This document shows, one piece after another, positions 19,279 through 30,068 of a stretch of 64,000 nucleotides of DNA. Both the position numbers and the translations under genes were made by a program. Source of the DNA: a virus (taxonomy: Duplodnaviria; Caudoviricetes); the IMG/VR virus record IMGVR_UViG_3300025740_000004, positions 28,375-92,374 of that record; one strand, written 5' to 3'. The notes beneath the pieces are model-generated. The model was given only the letters and a program-made list of their open reading frames with translations. It did not search any database and had not been told where the DNA came from. Positions within the stretch are counted from its first letter, which is position 1; the number at the start of each line of letters is the position of its first letter.

Positions 19279-19607
19279 TCTTTACTAGTAATTTTTCTAA
19301 GAATGGTTATAATGAAAATGCTGTTGCTATTTGTGGAAAGTCTCCTGAATGGTATTTTGGTAAAGAATATAAGAAACTTGCTCCGAAATATTGGTTCTTC
19401 AAAAAGTATAAAGAAGATCATGATGAAGACTTTTATATTAAACATTACTATGCAGAAGTTTTATCACAATTAGATCCTAAGAAAGTTTATGAAGAACTTG
19501 ATGGAAAGATTTTATTATGTTATGAAAAAGAAACCGATTTTTGTCATAGATTTTTAGTAGCAGATTGGTTAGAATATAATTTAGGAATTGAGGTAAAAGA
19601 AATATGA
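19275..19607 (+). CDS. DUF488-like protein
   Basis: IFTSNF, LAP, LLCYEK..FCHR..VADWL. Confidence 0.75.
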   Translation: MIFTSNFSKNGYNENAVAICGKSPEWYFGKEYKKLAPKYWFFKKYKEDHDEDFYIKHYYAEVLSQLDPKKVYEELDGKILLCYEKETDFCHRFLVADWLEYNLGIEVKEI

Positions 19608-19780
19608 ATAGATATGAAGTCGGTTATGAAGATGAAATGATTGGTATTTATTATGGTAAAGATGAATTAGAAGCCATACAAAATTGTAAAAAAGATATTA
19701 AACAAAGTAATTTTATTCCAGACACTCCATTTAAAAATCGAGTATTAAAAGGAATGATTGCAAATAAAATAGATTATTAA
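19604..19780 (+). CDS. Hypothetical protein (58 aa)
   Basis: GAGGT RBS, ATGA overlap, MNRYEVGYEDEM... Confidence 0.5.
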   Translation: MNRYEVGYEDEMIGIYYGKDELEAIQNCKKDIKQSNFIPDTPFKNRVLKGMIANKIDY

Positions 19781-19781
19781 T

Positions 19782-19970
19782 ATGAAGACTAGAAAACCAA
19801 GAACTACTGGATCAAGTTTAAGATTTGAATTAAGTCATCAATTTGGAAGAGAAGATATTGGAATTTATTCACCAGCAAATTCTAAATTAACTAAAAGATT
19901 ATTAGAAGGTCTTTGCTTAGGATGTGGTAAAAAGATTTGTAAATGTAAATCTAAAGGAAATATAAAATGA
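19782..19970 (+). CDS. Small basic Cys-containing protein
   Basis: CLGCG..CKC; operon packing. Confidence 0.6.
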   Translation: MKTRKPRTTGSSLRFELSHQFGREDIGIYSPANSKLTKRLLEGLCLGCGKKICKCKSKGNIK

Positions 19971-20236
19971 ATTTGACAGTCCTAATTGAAGCAAAGTATA
20001 TTCCAAATGGCTCTAAAGTTTATAAAGCTTCTGGAACATATCCATCTATATTAAAAGATAAAATTTCTGTTTATAATGAATCTGGGAAATCAGAAAGTAT
20101 AGTTACAAATGGATGTAAATTTTTAATATCAGATACTGGAAATATTAATGCAATATCTGAAAATTTAATATTAAAATGGGAAACGGATTTACATACTTTG
20201 AACTGTTTATTTGGTGAGGATGTTGACGATGTTTAA
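19967..20236 (+). CDS. Hypothetical protein
   Basis: AAGGA RBS; overlapping start. Confidence 0.65.
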   Translation: MNLTVLIEAKYIPNGSKVYKASGTYPSILKDKISVYNESGKSESIVTNGCKFLISDTGNINAISENLILKWETDLHTLNCLFGEDVDDV

Positions 20237-20526
20237 CTTTATATGTTGTTTGTTTGGGTTTAATAAGTTTGAATTTATCGTTGAGAGTGAATTTAAAACG
20301 GATTCTTGTAAATGTAAAAATTGTGGTTTTGTAAAATGACGACGTTATTATGATAGTAGAAATAATATTATAATGTTGTATAGTGAAGAGTAGTAAAAAG
20401 GAAATATAAAAATGTTAGTAAAAGATTTAATAGATTATCTAAAAAAATTTGATCCAGAATTTGAGGTATTAATAGAAAAAGATTTTGGTTGTTTTACTAT
20501 TACATTTGATGAGATTATAATACGAG

Positions 20527-20733
20527 ATGAAAATAGTAGAAATAATACAAACTAAAGAAATTGGATTAACTGACGGAAAGTATGATGAAGAAAATCCTTT
20601 GTTAAATGTTTTCACTAAAAATGGATATAAAAAAGTTACTTTGAAAGAAATAGTTTTTATAGATTGGTTGGAAGATTTAACAAAAGATGAATTGAAACAA
20701 TATAAGAAATTGAACAAACTTTTAAGGAAATAA
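20527..20733 (+). CDS. Hypothetical protein
   Basis: ORF track; 3' end partly duplicated downstream. Confidence 0.55.
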   Translation: MKIVEIIQTKEIGLTDGKYDEENPLLNVFTKNGYKKVTLKEIVFIDWLEDLTKDELKQYKKLNKLLRK

Positions 20734-20899
20734 AAATGGGTGATTGGATTGAAATGAGTAATAAGTTTTGTTTGTGGATGATTATAATGTGTGTTATTAC
20801 AGTTGGATTTTGTATTTTATGTATATGTACATTATAATGGATATTGTTAAATGAAACCATATAAGAAATTGAACAAAATTTTAAGGAGATAAAAATGGG
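20701..20899 (+). repeat. 40-bp imperfect direct repeat (20701-20740 / 20860-20899) flanking a 33-aa hydrophobic ORF starting at 20736
   Basis: TATAAGAAATTGAACAAA(C/A)TTTTAAGGA(A/G)ATAAAAATGGG occurs twice. Confidence 0.9.
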
Positions 20900-21227
20900 A
20901 ATTGATTATGATGGAGTTGGTGGAATTGGTATAGAATTAACCGAAGAAATCATTCAAAGATTTATTGCTGCTGAATATTTTACAGAGGATGAATGGAATG
21001 AAAGTTATGAAGATTGTTTAGAAACAATTGGTGAAAAGTTTAACATTTCTTTTACTTCTGGTGGAAATTTTTATTCCGGAGATATTGTTCATTATCTTTT
21101 AGTAGATGGTGAAAATCTCAAAGAAATTAATGAAAATTCTAAAACATTTATAGAGAAGTTAAAGATTATTGGTTTAGAACTTTCCGAAGAATCTTTAAAA
21201 GTAATTTCTGATTATAAGGTTTGGTAA
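20895..21227 (+). CDS. Hypothetical protein
   Basis: AAGGAG RBS. Confidence 0.75.
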   Translation: MGIDYDGVGGIGIELTEEIIQRFIAAEYFTEDEWNESYEDCLETIGEKFNISFTSGGNFYSGDIVHYLLVDGENLKEINENSKTFIEKLKIIGLELSEESLKVISDYKVW

Positions 21228-21587
21228 ATGAAGATTGAAAATATAAATGGTGAAGATTTTAGAAGCATTCCAAAATTATTTGAAGATAGAATTTCTCAAA
21301 GATTAATTGAAGAAGTTTTATTGCATTGTATTAATAATTGGAATTTTGAATATGATGAATTTGAACTTTCTAATAATAGTTCAATGAAGACTTTTAAATT
21401 TTGGTTAGTTATGGATGATAGATGTTATATAAATATAGATTATTATGAAAACGCTAAATTTTTTGATATAGAATTTTCTTATAAAAGATTTGGTGAAGAT
21501 TTTTATAGAAATAGTTTAAAAACTCATCAAATAGAAATTGTATTAAGTTGTTTAAATTGTATTTCAAATATTATAAATCGAGGATAA
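21228..21587 (+). CDS. Hypothetical protein
   Basis: Operon packing. Confidence 0.7.
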   Translation: MKIENINGEDFRSIPKLFEDRISQRLIEEVLLHCINNWNFEYDEFELSNNSSMKTFKFWLVMDDRCYINIDYYENAKFFDIEFSYKRFGEDFYRNSLKTHQIEIVLSCLNCISNIINRG

Positions 21588-21588
21588 A

Positions 21589-21774
21589 ATGAAAGCAAGT
21601 GAATTGATAAAAGAGTTACAGAAACAAATCTCAAAATATGGTGATTTAGAATTTATGAGATACGATCCAATAGATTCTAAATACCTTGGGATTACTATGC
21701 TTGAAATTCATGCTTTAGAAAATCCTACACCAGATGATGAAGATGATGAAATTGATGTATTTGTATTGGAGTAA
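21589..21774 (+). CDS. Hypothetical protein (MKASELIKELQ type)
   Basis: GAGGA RBS. Confidence 0.65.
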   Translation: MKASELIKELQKQISKYGDLEFMRYDPIDSKYLGITMLEIHALENPTPDDEDDEIDVFVLE

Positions 21775-21776
21775 AT

Positions 21777-22541
21777 ATGATTAAAATTTTAACTGGATGG
21801 GGAAATCCAGGTGGAAGTACGACCGCACATATAAATTTAGTAAATGCTTTTAATGAATATGGTTTAGAAGCAAAATTATATTCACCTCATACATACCATT
21901 TTGATAAGTGTCCTTCTGGAAGTTTACAAGAAGTTAATATTCAAAAGAGTGATATTGTAATTGGGCATTTTATTAATTTACCAAAGTTGAATTGTAAAAA
22001 AATGATATATTCTTGTCACGAATCAGATTTAGATCCATTATGGAAAAAGGATTTATCTATGTATTCAAAAGTTCATTATGTTAGTAGATGGCAACAGCAA
22101 TTTCATAACATAAAGAAATCGTATATTATTATTCCAAATGTATTAGAAGATCTTAAACCTAATGAAAAATCCAATATTAAAATTGGTGGTGTTATAGGTT
22201 CTATAGATTATAATAAACAAACACATTTATCTATATTACAAGCTTTAGAAGATGGTTGTGAAAAAGTTTATTTGTTTGGAAAGGTTACTGATGAAAACTA
22301 TTTTAATAATCATGTAAAATCTTTAATTTCTGATAAAGTTATTTTATATGGATATTGTGAGAGTAAACAATTAATGTATGATATGATTACTGATGTTTAT
22401 CAAAATTCTATTAAAGAAACTTGGGGTTATGTTGCTGGGGAATGTCAATTAACTGGGACTAAATATCATAGTACTGGTATGTGTAATTTTGAATTCATGT
22501 CTAAGAATGAAATAATTGAAAAATGGAGAAAAATACTGTGA
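21777..22541 (+). CDS. GT-B/GT4-like glycosyltransferase
   Basis: GGST, HE, VS..Q, IPN, K, ETWG.VAGE motifs. Confidence 0.75.
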   Translation: MIKILTGWGNPGGSTTAHINLVNAFNEYGLEAKLYSPHTYHFDKCPSGSLQEVNIQKSDIVIGHFINLPKLNCKKMIYSCHESDLDPLWKKDLSMYSKVHYVSRWQQQFHNIKKSYIIIPNVLEDLKPNEKSNIKIGGVIGSIDYNKQTHLSILQALEDGCEKVYLFGKVTDENYFNNHVKSLISDKVILYGYCESKQLMYDMITDVYQNSIKETWGYVAGECQLTGTKYHSTGMCNFEFMSKNEIIEKWRKIL

Positions 22542-23254
22542 ATTGGATTGAAATAACAACTAAAATTGGGTGTAAGAATATGTGTTCTTATTGCCCACAA
22601 ACTAAGTTTTTGAAAGAATATAAAGACACTAAGAAATTAATGACACTAGACGATTTTAAGTTTTTCCTTTCAAAAATTAATAACAAAGAAACAAAAATTC
22701 ATTTTTCTGGTTTTTCGGAATCTTTTATTAATGATGAAAGTGTTGATATGATGATACACGCTTTCAATTCTGGTTTTGGTGTTATTTTGTACACTACATT
22801 GGTTGGATTTACTTTAGAGAAAGCTAAGAAGTTGAAAGAATCTGGAATGATTTTTGAACAAACTAGAATGCATGAATTTGATGGTGTTGGTTTTAATAGA
22901 GAAGTTTTTAACAACTCTGAAGTTATGTTTAGAGAAAATGTAAAAAGTCTAGATCATAGAATTGTTAGAGTTGATAATCCGATGTCTAGAGGTGGTTCTT
23001 TGTTTGAGGTTCATCACAAACTTGGAAAAATTAGATGTGTCGAAAATAGATATTTCAATAATGTTTTATTGCCAAATGGTGATTTATATATGTGTTGTTC
23101 TGATTGGTTACTAAAACATAAGATTGGTAATTTGAATGAAGATATATATTCTAGCAATGAATTAAATGAAAATAGAATTAAAAATATAAAGTTGTGTGAC
23201 TCATATGATTCTGATATCATTTGTAGAGATTGTGAATGGAGTTACAATGTTTGA
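22523..23254 (+). CDS. Radical SAM/SPASM protein
   Basis: CKNMCSYC plus C-terminal C..GDLYMCC..CRDC. Confidence 0.88.
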   Translation: MEKNTVNWIEITTKIGCKNMCSYCPQTKFLKEYKDTKKLMTLDDFKFFLSKINNKETKIHFSGFSESFINDESVDMMIHAFNSGFGVILYTTLVGFTLEKAKKLKESGMIFEQTRMHEFDGVGFNREVFNNSEVMFRENVKSLDHRIVRVDNPMSRGGSLFEVHHKLGKIRCVENRYFNNVLLPNGDLYMCCSDWLLKHKIGNLNEDIYSSNELNENRIKNIKLCDSYDSDIICRDCEWSYNV

Positions 23255-23981
23255 AAATGTTTACTATGTAATTGTTCATAGAGATAGTGACGAAAAAAGA
23301 ACTAGAAATTTAATTTATACATGCAAATATATTCGTTCTTTAGGTCTTAATGTTTTAGTTATTGAACAAGACACAGAAAAGAAAATAGAATTGTTGTGCA
23401 AATCTTTGGATGTTGAATATGCATTTATTAAAAATTCTGGTTTGTTTAATAGAGCTTGGGGATTTAATTGCTTCAGGAATTTCATAAAAAGCGATAAGGT
23501 ATTTTTAGCAGACAATGATATAATTTTAGACAAAGATGTTATTTACAACACAATAAAACTTTTAGATACTTACGATGTTGTTCGTCCTTTTAATGGTGTT
23601 GTTTCTTATTATGATGAATCTGCGACGGACAAACTTTTCAAAACAAATGAAAGGACATTAGACAAACAATTTAAACTAGTCAACATTTTTAATTTGTCTG
23701 GTGGTATTTGTGCTTTTAGAACAGATTCTTTTTACAATAAACTTGGTGGATTTGATGAAAGATTTGAGGGTTGGGGTGGTGAAGACGATGAAATGCACAA
23801 ACATATACTTCAACTTGGTTTGGATGTTTTTTCGTTTACTTCAGTTGGAATTCATATGAATCATGAAAGAAATCATAATGAAGGAAATTGGCAACCGAAT
23901 TATAATAAAAATTTGGTTTATATAAATGATAATAAGAGAAATGAAAACATTTCTATAGGAAACATTAATAGGTATGAGTAA
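23247..23981 (+). CDS. GT2/GT7C-type glycosyltransferase
   Basis: FNRAWGFN, DND, GGFDERFEGWGGEDDE. Confidence 0.85.
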   Translation: MFENVYYVIVHRDSDEKRTRNLIYTCKYIRSLGLNVLVIEQDTEKKIELLCKSLDVEYAFIKNSGLFNRAWGFNCFRNFIKSDKVFLADNDIILDKDVIYNTIKLLDTYDVVRPFNGVVSYYDESATDKLFKTNERTLDKQFKLVNIFNLSGGICAFRTDSFYNKLGGFDERFEGWGGEDDEMHKHILQLGLDVFSFTSVGIHMNHERNHNEGNWQPNYNKNLVYINDNKRNENISIGNINRYE

Positions 23982-24603
23982 AGAAATTTTCACAAACATT
24001 TATAATAATCATTCTTGGGGTGGTGTTAGTAAATCTGGTCCTGGAAGTGATTTAGAACAGACGAAAGTTTTGATAGAAGAACTTCCAAGACTTTTTATGA
24101 AACATGATATTAAAACATTTTTAGATGCTCCTTGTGGAGATTTTCATTGGATGAAGTTTGTAGATAAAACAAATGTTAAGTATATTGGTGGTGATATTGT
24201 ATCTAATGTAATATCTTCTAATAAAAAGAATTTTGAAACAGATGATATTAGTTTTTTGGAATTGGATATCATTAACGACAAATTACCAAAAGCAGATGTC
24301 ATATTTGTTAGAGATTGTTTGGTTCATTTTCCTATACAATCTATATATAAATTTTTGTTCAATCTTATTTCAAGCGACATTAGATATTTGATGACAACTA
24401 CATTTGTTAATAGAAATGTTAATTATGATATTAACTTTGGTGAATGGAGACAGTTAAATTTGTTGGTATCTCCTTTCAATTTTCCAAAACCATTAGAGAT
24501 TATAAATGAGGGTTGTACAGAAAACAATAACTCCAACGCAGATAAGTCTATGTGTTTGTGGAATGTTTCTGATATCGAAAAGATTTTATTGAGAGCTAGA
24601 TAA
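23974..24603 (+). CDS. Class I SAM-dependent methyltransferase
   Basis: SGPGS, LDAPCGDFHW, RDCLVH. Confidence 0.82.
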   Translation: MSKEIFTNIYNNHSWGGVSKSGPGSDLEQTKVLIEELPRLFMKHDIKTFLDAPCGDFHWMKFVDKTNVKYIGGDIVSNVISSNKKNFETDDISFLELDIINDKLPKADVIFVRDCLVHFPIQSIYKFLFNLISSDIRYLMTTTFVNRNVNYDINFGEWRQLNLLVSPFNFPKPLEIINEGCTENNNSNADKSMCLWNVSDIEKILLRAR

Positions 24604-25442
24604 TGATCAGAGTTAAGTTTCATCAAAATTTTGAAGCAGACGAACAGATATACTATAAAGTTTTATCTATGTCACCAAATAACAAAAATATATGGAAAAA
24701 TATTAAAGTTGTTTCTGATGATGATTATGATATTTTTGTCATATTGAATTGTCCTACTCATCAAAATTATGATAGATCTAGAACAATAGTTTTTAATTGC
24801 GAAACAAAAAGCACAAGAGATAATCTTTCTACTTTTTATAAGGGAATTGAGTCTGAATTTCTTTATATTCATGATACCGAAAATCATTTTAATGTAGATC
24901 TTTGGTATCATGGTTTAACTTTTGATCAATTAAATAATGAAGAAATGTTTCAAAAGAATAAAAATTTTAGTGTTATAAATTCAAATCTTAATAATTTATC
25001 TGGGCATATTATTAGAAATAATTTTATAAAGTATATGTGTGATAGAATTGAATATGATTTGTTTGGTAGATTTCCAACAAATGATAAAAATTATAAAGGA
25101 AGATTGGTTAATAAATATGATGGTTTGATTGGTTATAAATACACATTCAATCATGAAAACGATATAGAAAATAATTACTTTACAGAAAAACTTTTGGATG
25201 GAATTTTTTGCGAATGTTTAACTTTTTATGGTGGTTGTCCTAATATAGAAAAATTCATAAACCCAAATTCTTTCATAAAACTTAATCTTGAAAACTTTGA
25301 AGAATCGTTCAATGTGATTCGAGATGTCATATCAAATGATTTGTGGAAAGATTATGTAAAAGATATCAAAGAAGAAAAAAGAAGAATCATGGTAGATTAT
25401 AATATTTTAAATATAGTGAGCAATATATTGGAGAAAATTTGA
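24603..25442 (+). CDS. GT10 (fucosyltransferase-like) glycosyltransferase
   Basis: YKYTFNHEN..NYFTEKLLD..FYGG. Confidence 0.8.
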   Translation: MIRVKFHQNFEADEQIYYKVLSMSPNNKNIWKNIKVVSDDDYDIFVILNCPTHQNYDRSRTIVFNCETKSTRDNLSTFYKGIESEFLYIHDTENHFNVDLWYHGLTFDQLNNEEMFQKNKNFSVINSNLNNLSGHIIRNNFIKYMCDRIEYDLFGRFPTNDKNYKGRLVNKYDGLIGYKYTFNHENDIENNYFTEKLLDGIFCECLTFYGGCPNIEKFINPNSFIKLNLENFEESFNVIRDVISNDLWKDYVKDIKEEKRRIMVDYNILNIVSNILEKI

Positions 25443-26359
25443 TGGATCTAGCGATTAATTTTTTACCACACAACAGAAGATATTTGATGTTACATACGTT
25501 GAAAGAATTTTCTAAGACAAACGAAAAATACAAAAACAAATTTAAGATTTATATTCATGATAATATTGACAACGATTATGTAAAAGATATTCTTAAAGAC
25601 ATAAATTATGAAATTGTTAATCATGGAACACACAATTATATTACAAAAATAAACTATGCTATAAATTTACATCATGCTTATTCTATGAAAATTGATGAAG
25701 ATATTTTTATGAATCATCATGTTTTAGAATATGTATTAGACAATTTAAATTTGATTTCTGATGAGAATTTTATACTATCTCCTATTTTATCTACAGGAAT
25801 CCCAAGCACCGAAATGTTTGTTGATGATTTTTGTCCAGAAGAAAAAGAAAATATTTTTAAAATGTTTTGTGATACACATGTTTGTAATTTATGGGGAGCA
25901 AACTATTCTTCGTTAAATTATAACAAATCGCGTTGGTGTGCTAATGAATATTATGATAAAGTAAATCAATTAGATCATTATTATAAAGGAATCCATCCAA
26001 TAAGAATAAATGTTAGTATTCAAAATTTTCTATTAAATGTAATCAAAAACAAAAAACAAAAATTATACGAAAAACAAGAATATTATACAGAGTCAAAACA
26101 AATTCCTTATATTTGTAATTCGTTGTTTGTTATAAAAACCGATGAATGGAAAAAGATTATAACAAATGGTTCTTTGTATAGAGATGAATATGACGAAGTT
26201 CCTTTAAATCTTTATATGAAACAATTTGATAAGAATGTTTTGTTTGTGCGAAATGCTAATTGTATTCATCCAGTATATAATACAGTAGATGTTTTTAATC
26301 AAGGTATGTATAATTCTTTGTCTATTGAATGGAATAAAATTTTGGAGGAATCTGTATGA
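25439..26359 (+). CDS. Putative GT-A glycosyltransferase
   Basis: KIDEDIF DxD-like motif; island context. Confidence 0.55.
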   Translation: MMDLAINFLPHNRRYLMLHTLKEFSKTNEKYKNKFKIYIHDNIDNDYVKDILKDINYEIVNHGTHNYITKINYAINLHHAYSMKIDEDIFMNHHVLEYVLDNLNLISDENFILSPILSTGIPSTEMFVDDFCPEEKENIFKMFCDTHVCNLWGANYSSLNYNKSRWCANEYYDKVNQLDHYYKGIHPIRINVSIQNFLLNVIKNKKQKLYEKQEYYTESKQIPYICNSLFVIKTDEWKKIITNGSLYRDEYDEVPLNLYMKQFDKNVLFVRNANCIHPVYNTVDVFNQGMYNSLSIEWNKILEESV

Positions 26360-26709
26360 AAACAATTTTTTGTGATATTGATGGGACTCTTCTTAAACAT
26401 ACAGGTGATATTTCAAAACAACACAAAATAAATGGTGACGTAATTCTTCTTCCAGGAACATTACAAAAATTAAAAGAGTGGGACAAAAAAGGTTATAGAA
26501 TTATCTTAACAACAGGAAGAAGAGAAAGTACTAGAAAAAGAACAGAAGAACAACTGTTAGAAGCTGGTATATTTTACGATTTGTTGATTATGGGTCTTAG
26601 TAATGGCAATAGAGTTTTAATCAATGACAGAAAGGTAGATTCTGTTTTGGATACTGCGTTTGGTATAAATATAGATAGAAATGTAGGTATTGAAAATGTT
26701 GAAATCTGA
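26356..26709 (+). CDS. Small HAD-family phosphatase
   Basis: DIDGT, TTGR, LINDR. Confidence 0.85.
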   Translation: MKTIFCDIDGTLLKHTGDISKQHKINGDVILLPGTLQKLKEWDKKGYRIILTTGRRESTRKRTEEQLLEAGIFYDLLIMGLSNGNRVLINDRKVDSVLDTAFGINIDRNVGIENVEI

Positions 26710-27052
26710 TATAAAAATAATTGAAAAACCTTGGGGTAAAGAAGAGTTATTAGAAAAAAATGATTTTTATGTCGTTAAAAGATTGTATATGAAATGTGGA
26801 CACAAATGTTCTATGCAATATCATGTAGATAAAATCGAAACAATATATGTTTTAAGCGGAGCTTTGAAAATTTATATTGGAGAATCTTTAGAAAATATTA
26901 AAGAAGAAAACTATCATGAAGGAGATTTTGTAACTATCAAAAACAATATGATTCATAGAATGGAAGGTGTTACAGATTGTGTTTATTTAGAATCATCAAC
27001 TACTCAATTGGACGATGTTGTTAGGATTTCTGATGTCTACTCAAGAATATAA
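26696..27052 (+). CDS. Cupin (mannose-6-phosphate isomerase-like)
   Basis: KPWG, SMQYH..K.E, IHRM, DDVVR. Confidence 0.85.
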   Translation: MLKSDIKIIEKPWGKEELLEKNDFYVVKRLYMKCGHKCSMQYHVDKIETIYVLSGALKIYIGESLENIKEENYHEGDFVTIKNNMIHRMEGVTDCVYLESSTTQLDDVVRISDVYSRI

Positions 27053-28574
27053 AGTTTTAATAACTGTTAGTGGTTTGGGTTCAAGATTAGGAGATTTGAC
27101 AAAGTATATTAACAAATCTTTAATTAAGGTCGGGAAGAAGCCAGCAATATCATACATTATAGAATCGTATCCTAAAGAAACACAATTTGTTATTACTCTT
27201 GGTCATATGGGAAATGTTGTTAAGCAATTTTTAGAATTGGTTTATTCTGATAGATTTTTTGAGTTTGTTTATGTTGACAAGTATGAAGGAACTGGTAGCA
27301 GTCTTTTGTATTCTATAAATTGTGCTAAAGAAAATCTACAATGCCCTTTTATTTTTCATGCTTGCGACACTATAACAGATGATATTAAATTTTCTGGAAA
27401 TTGTTTATATTTAAGTAAATCTTTTGAAAACATAAATGAATACAGAACAGTTAATATAGATAAAAATATAATTCTAGAAAAATCAAATCATGCTAATTCA
27501 TATCCTTACATTGGAGTTTGTTCTATAAATGATTATAAATCTTTTTGGAAATCTCTTCAAGTTACATTAAATGGTGAATTTGAACAAAGTGATTGTAGTG
27601 TTATTAATGCAATGCTAAACAGTGGTATAAAGTTTGATTATAAATTTGTAGAGAAATGGTTTGATGTTGGTAATTTAGAAAGTTTAAATCGTGCTAGGAA
27701 AAATATAGAAGATAGATTTGATATTCTAGACAAATTACAAGAAAGTATTTACATTTTTAAAGATTTCGTAGTTAAATATTTCTATGATAAAAATCTGATC
27801 AAAAATAGAGTAGATCGAACAAAATCATTAAATGGAACTGTTCCCGACATAATAGGACAAACTGAAAATTTTTATAAGTATTCTTTCGTGTTTGGTGATG
27901 AATATTCCCATATAGTGAACGATGATAATTTTTTAGAATTGTTAAGTTTCACTAATAACAAATTGTGGAAAATTAAAGGACCAAATATAAAGAATGAGTG
28001 TTTGAAATTTTATAAAAACAAAACAAATGATAGACTGAAAGAGTATTTTTCTCGTTTTAATTTACAAGACACATCATATGAAATTAATGGGATTATTGTA
28101 CCATCAACAAAAGAATTATTATCTAATATAAATTTTGAAGAATTTTGCGATATCGAATCTTCAAAATTTCATGGTGACTTTATTTTAGAAAATATTATAA
28201 AAGGTGAATATATAGCATTGATTGATTGGCGACAAGATTTTGGTGGATGTTTGGAATATGGAGATTTGTATTATGATTTGGCGAAAATGAATCATAATTT
28301 AATCATAGACCATTCGATTGTTTATAGAAATTTGTTCACATTAAATAATACTGATAGTGGTGTGGATATTGATATTCATGTTTCTTTTAAGAATATTTCT
28401 TTGAAACAAGTTTTTGACAAATTTTTGAACGAAAATAATTATGATAAAAATAGAGTTGAAATTCTCACTGGGTTAATTTGGTTGAATATGTCTCCATTAC
28501 ACGATGATAATTTTTCTAAATTTATTTTCAATATGGGCAAATTAAAATTATATAGGAGTTTGTATGGTAAGTAG
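27033..28574 (+). CDS. Nucleotidyltransferase fused to APH/choline-kinase-like phosphotransferase
   Basis: SGLGSRL..NKSL and WFDVG; C-terminal HGDF..EN, IDWR, YDLAK. Confidence 0.85.
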   Translation: MSTQEYKVLITVSGLGSRLGDLTKYINKSLIKVGKKPAISYIIESYPKETQFVITLGHMGNVVKQFLELVYSDRFFEFVYVDKYEGTGSSLLYSINCAKENLQCPFIFHACDTITDDIKFSGNCLYLSKSFENINEYRTVNIDKNIILEKSNHANSYPYIGVCSINDYKSFWKSLQVTLNGEFEQSDCSVINAMLNSGIKFDYKFVEKWFDVGNLESLNRARKNIEDRFDILDKLQESIYIFKDFVVKYFYDKNLIKNRVDRTKSLNGTVPDIIGQTENFYKYSFVFGDEYSHIVNDDNFLELLSFTNNKLWKIKGPNIKNECLKFYKNKTNDRLKEYFSRFNLQDTSYEINGIIVPSTKELLSNINFEEFCDIESSKFHGDFILENIIKGEYIALIDWRQDFGGCLEYGDLYYDLAKMNHNLIIDHSIVYRNLFTLNNTDSGVDIDIHVSFKNISLKQVFDKFLNENNYDKNRVEILTGLIWLNMSPLHDDNFSKFIFNMGKLKLYRSLYGK

Positions 28575-29118
28575 TATAGAATATTCTTGTGGCCTGTTGA
28601 ACGAAAAGTATAAAGACATTTTAGAATTTGGTGTATATCAAGGAACAACAATCAGAAAAATAGTTGATTGTGTAAATGGGTTTAGAATTTTTGGATTTGA
28701 TACGTTTGAAGGATTGCCAGAAGATTGGAAAGGAACTGTTTGTGATAAAGGTTTCTTTTCTACAAATGGATTAATTCCAGATATTAAAGGTGTTCATTTT
28801 TTCAAAGGGTTGTTTTCTGACACTCTAAAAGAATATCTATTAGACCCAAAAGACATTTCATTGCTTCATATTGACTGTGATTTATATTCATCAACAAAAG
28901 ATGTTTTATATGGTTTGAATGAATATATAAAAGAAGGAACAATAATTTGTTTTGATGAATGGTTATATTGTGGTATTGATGGAACTATGAAAAATGATTG
29001 TGAACAAAAATGTTTTTATGAATGGGTGTCTGATTTTGATAGGTCTTTTGAATTTGTTGATTTCGTAGACAATACTGCTTGTGGACACGAACGAAAGATT
29101 GTAAGGATCATCAAATGA
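28564..29118 (+). CDS. TylF/MycF-type O-methyltransferase
   Basis: EFGV..G, GFDTFEGLP, HIDCDLYSS, FDE. Confidence 0.85.
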   Translation: MVSSIEYSCGLLNEKYKDILEFGVYQGTTIRKIVDCVNGFRIFGFDTFEGLPEDWKGTVCDKGFFSTNGLIPDIKGVHFFKGLFSDTLKEYLLDPKDISLLHIDCDLYSSTKDVLYGLNEYIKEGTIICFDEWLYCGIDGTMKNDCEQKCFYEWVSDFDRSFEFVDFVDNTACGHERKIVRIIK

Positions 29119-30068
29119 AATATTGTATAGGACCAATGAGTAAAAATGTTGTTGATTCTGTTATTGATTTCGTTAATAATAATAATGTAGAAATTGGTTT
29201 GATTCCATCTAGAAGACAAGTTGATTATTTTGGTGGATATGTTAACCATTGGAACACTAAAACTTTTGTAGATTATGTTAAATCTAAAACACATAATATA
29301 AAAATTATAAGAGATCATGGTGGAGAATTTCAAGGAAGTGTTGAAGATGATGGTGTTGTTTCATTTTTTATAGATTCTGTTTTTGTTGATGGTATTCATG
29401 TTGATGTCTGGAAAAAGAATAAAAATTTAGAAGATGCAATTTTATCTACAATTAAAAATATAAAACATTGCTTGACCATAAACGATAATCTATTTTTTGA
29501 AATTGGAACAGAACAATCAATTAGAGAATATAGTGCCGATGAATTAGATTATTTTATAGAAAATGTTAAAAATGGTCTTGCTGACGATTTTTGTAAAGTG
29601 AAATATGCGGTCATTCAATGCGGAACTTCTTTAAAATCAAACATCAACACTGGAAATTATTCAGAAACAAAACTTATAGATATGTTAAGCGTAGTAAAAA
29701 AACATGGTTTGATGTCAAAAGAACACAATGGAGATTATACTACAAAAGATATTAAATATAAAAAATTTTCAAATGGTTTAGATTGTATAAACATCGCTCC
29801 AGAATTTGGTCTTATTGAAACAGAAACTATTTTAGAAAGTATGAAAGAATATGAGTTTCAAACATATTTTGATATTTGCTATTCTTCAAACAAATGGAAA
29901 AAATGGGTGAATGAAGATTTTGATCCACATAACAACAAAAATGAACTTATAAAAATTTGTGGTCATTATGTAAGAACAGATTCTTGGGTTGATAATTATG
30001 TTGTTGAAAATAATTTAAATGATGTGATAAAAACAAACATATATTCTTTTTTGGAGAGCCTTTATTAA
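29115..30068 (+). CDS. GatZ/KbaZ-like TIM-barrel sugar-phosphate epimerase/aldolase
   Basis: RDHGG, IHVD, EIGTE, EHNGDY and NIAPEFG parallel GatZ-family motifs. Confidence 0.65.
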   Translation: MKYCIGPMSKNVVDSVIDFVNNNNVEIGLIPSRRQVDYFGGYVNHWNTKTFVDYVKSKTHNIKIIRDHGGEFQGSVEDDGVVSFFIDSVFVDGIHVDVWKKNKNLEDAILSTIKNIKHCLTINDNLFFEIGTEQSIREYSADELDYFIENVKNGLADDFCKVKYAVIQCGTSLKSNINTGNYSETKLIDMLSVVKKHGLMSKEHNGDYTTKDIKYKKFSNGLDCINIAPEFGLIETETILESMKEYEFQTYFDICYSSNKWKKWVNEDFDPHNNKNELIKICGHYVRTDSWVDNYVVENNLNDVIKTNIYSFLESLY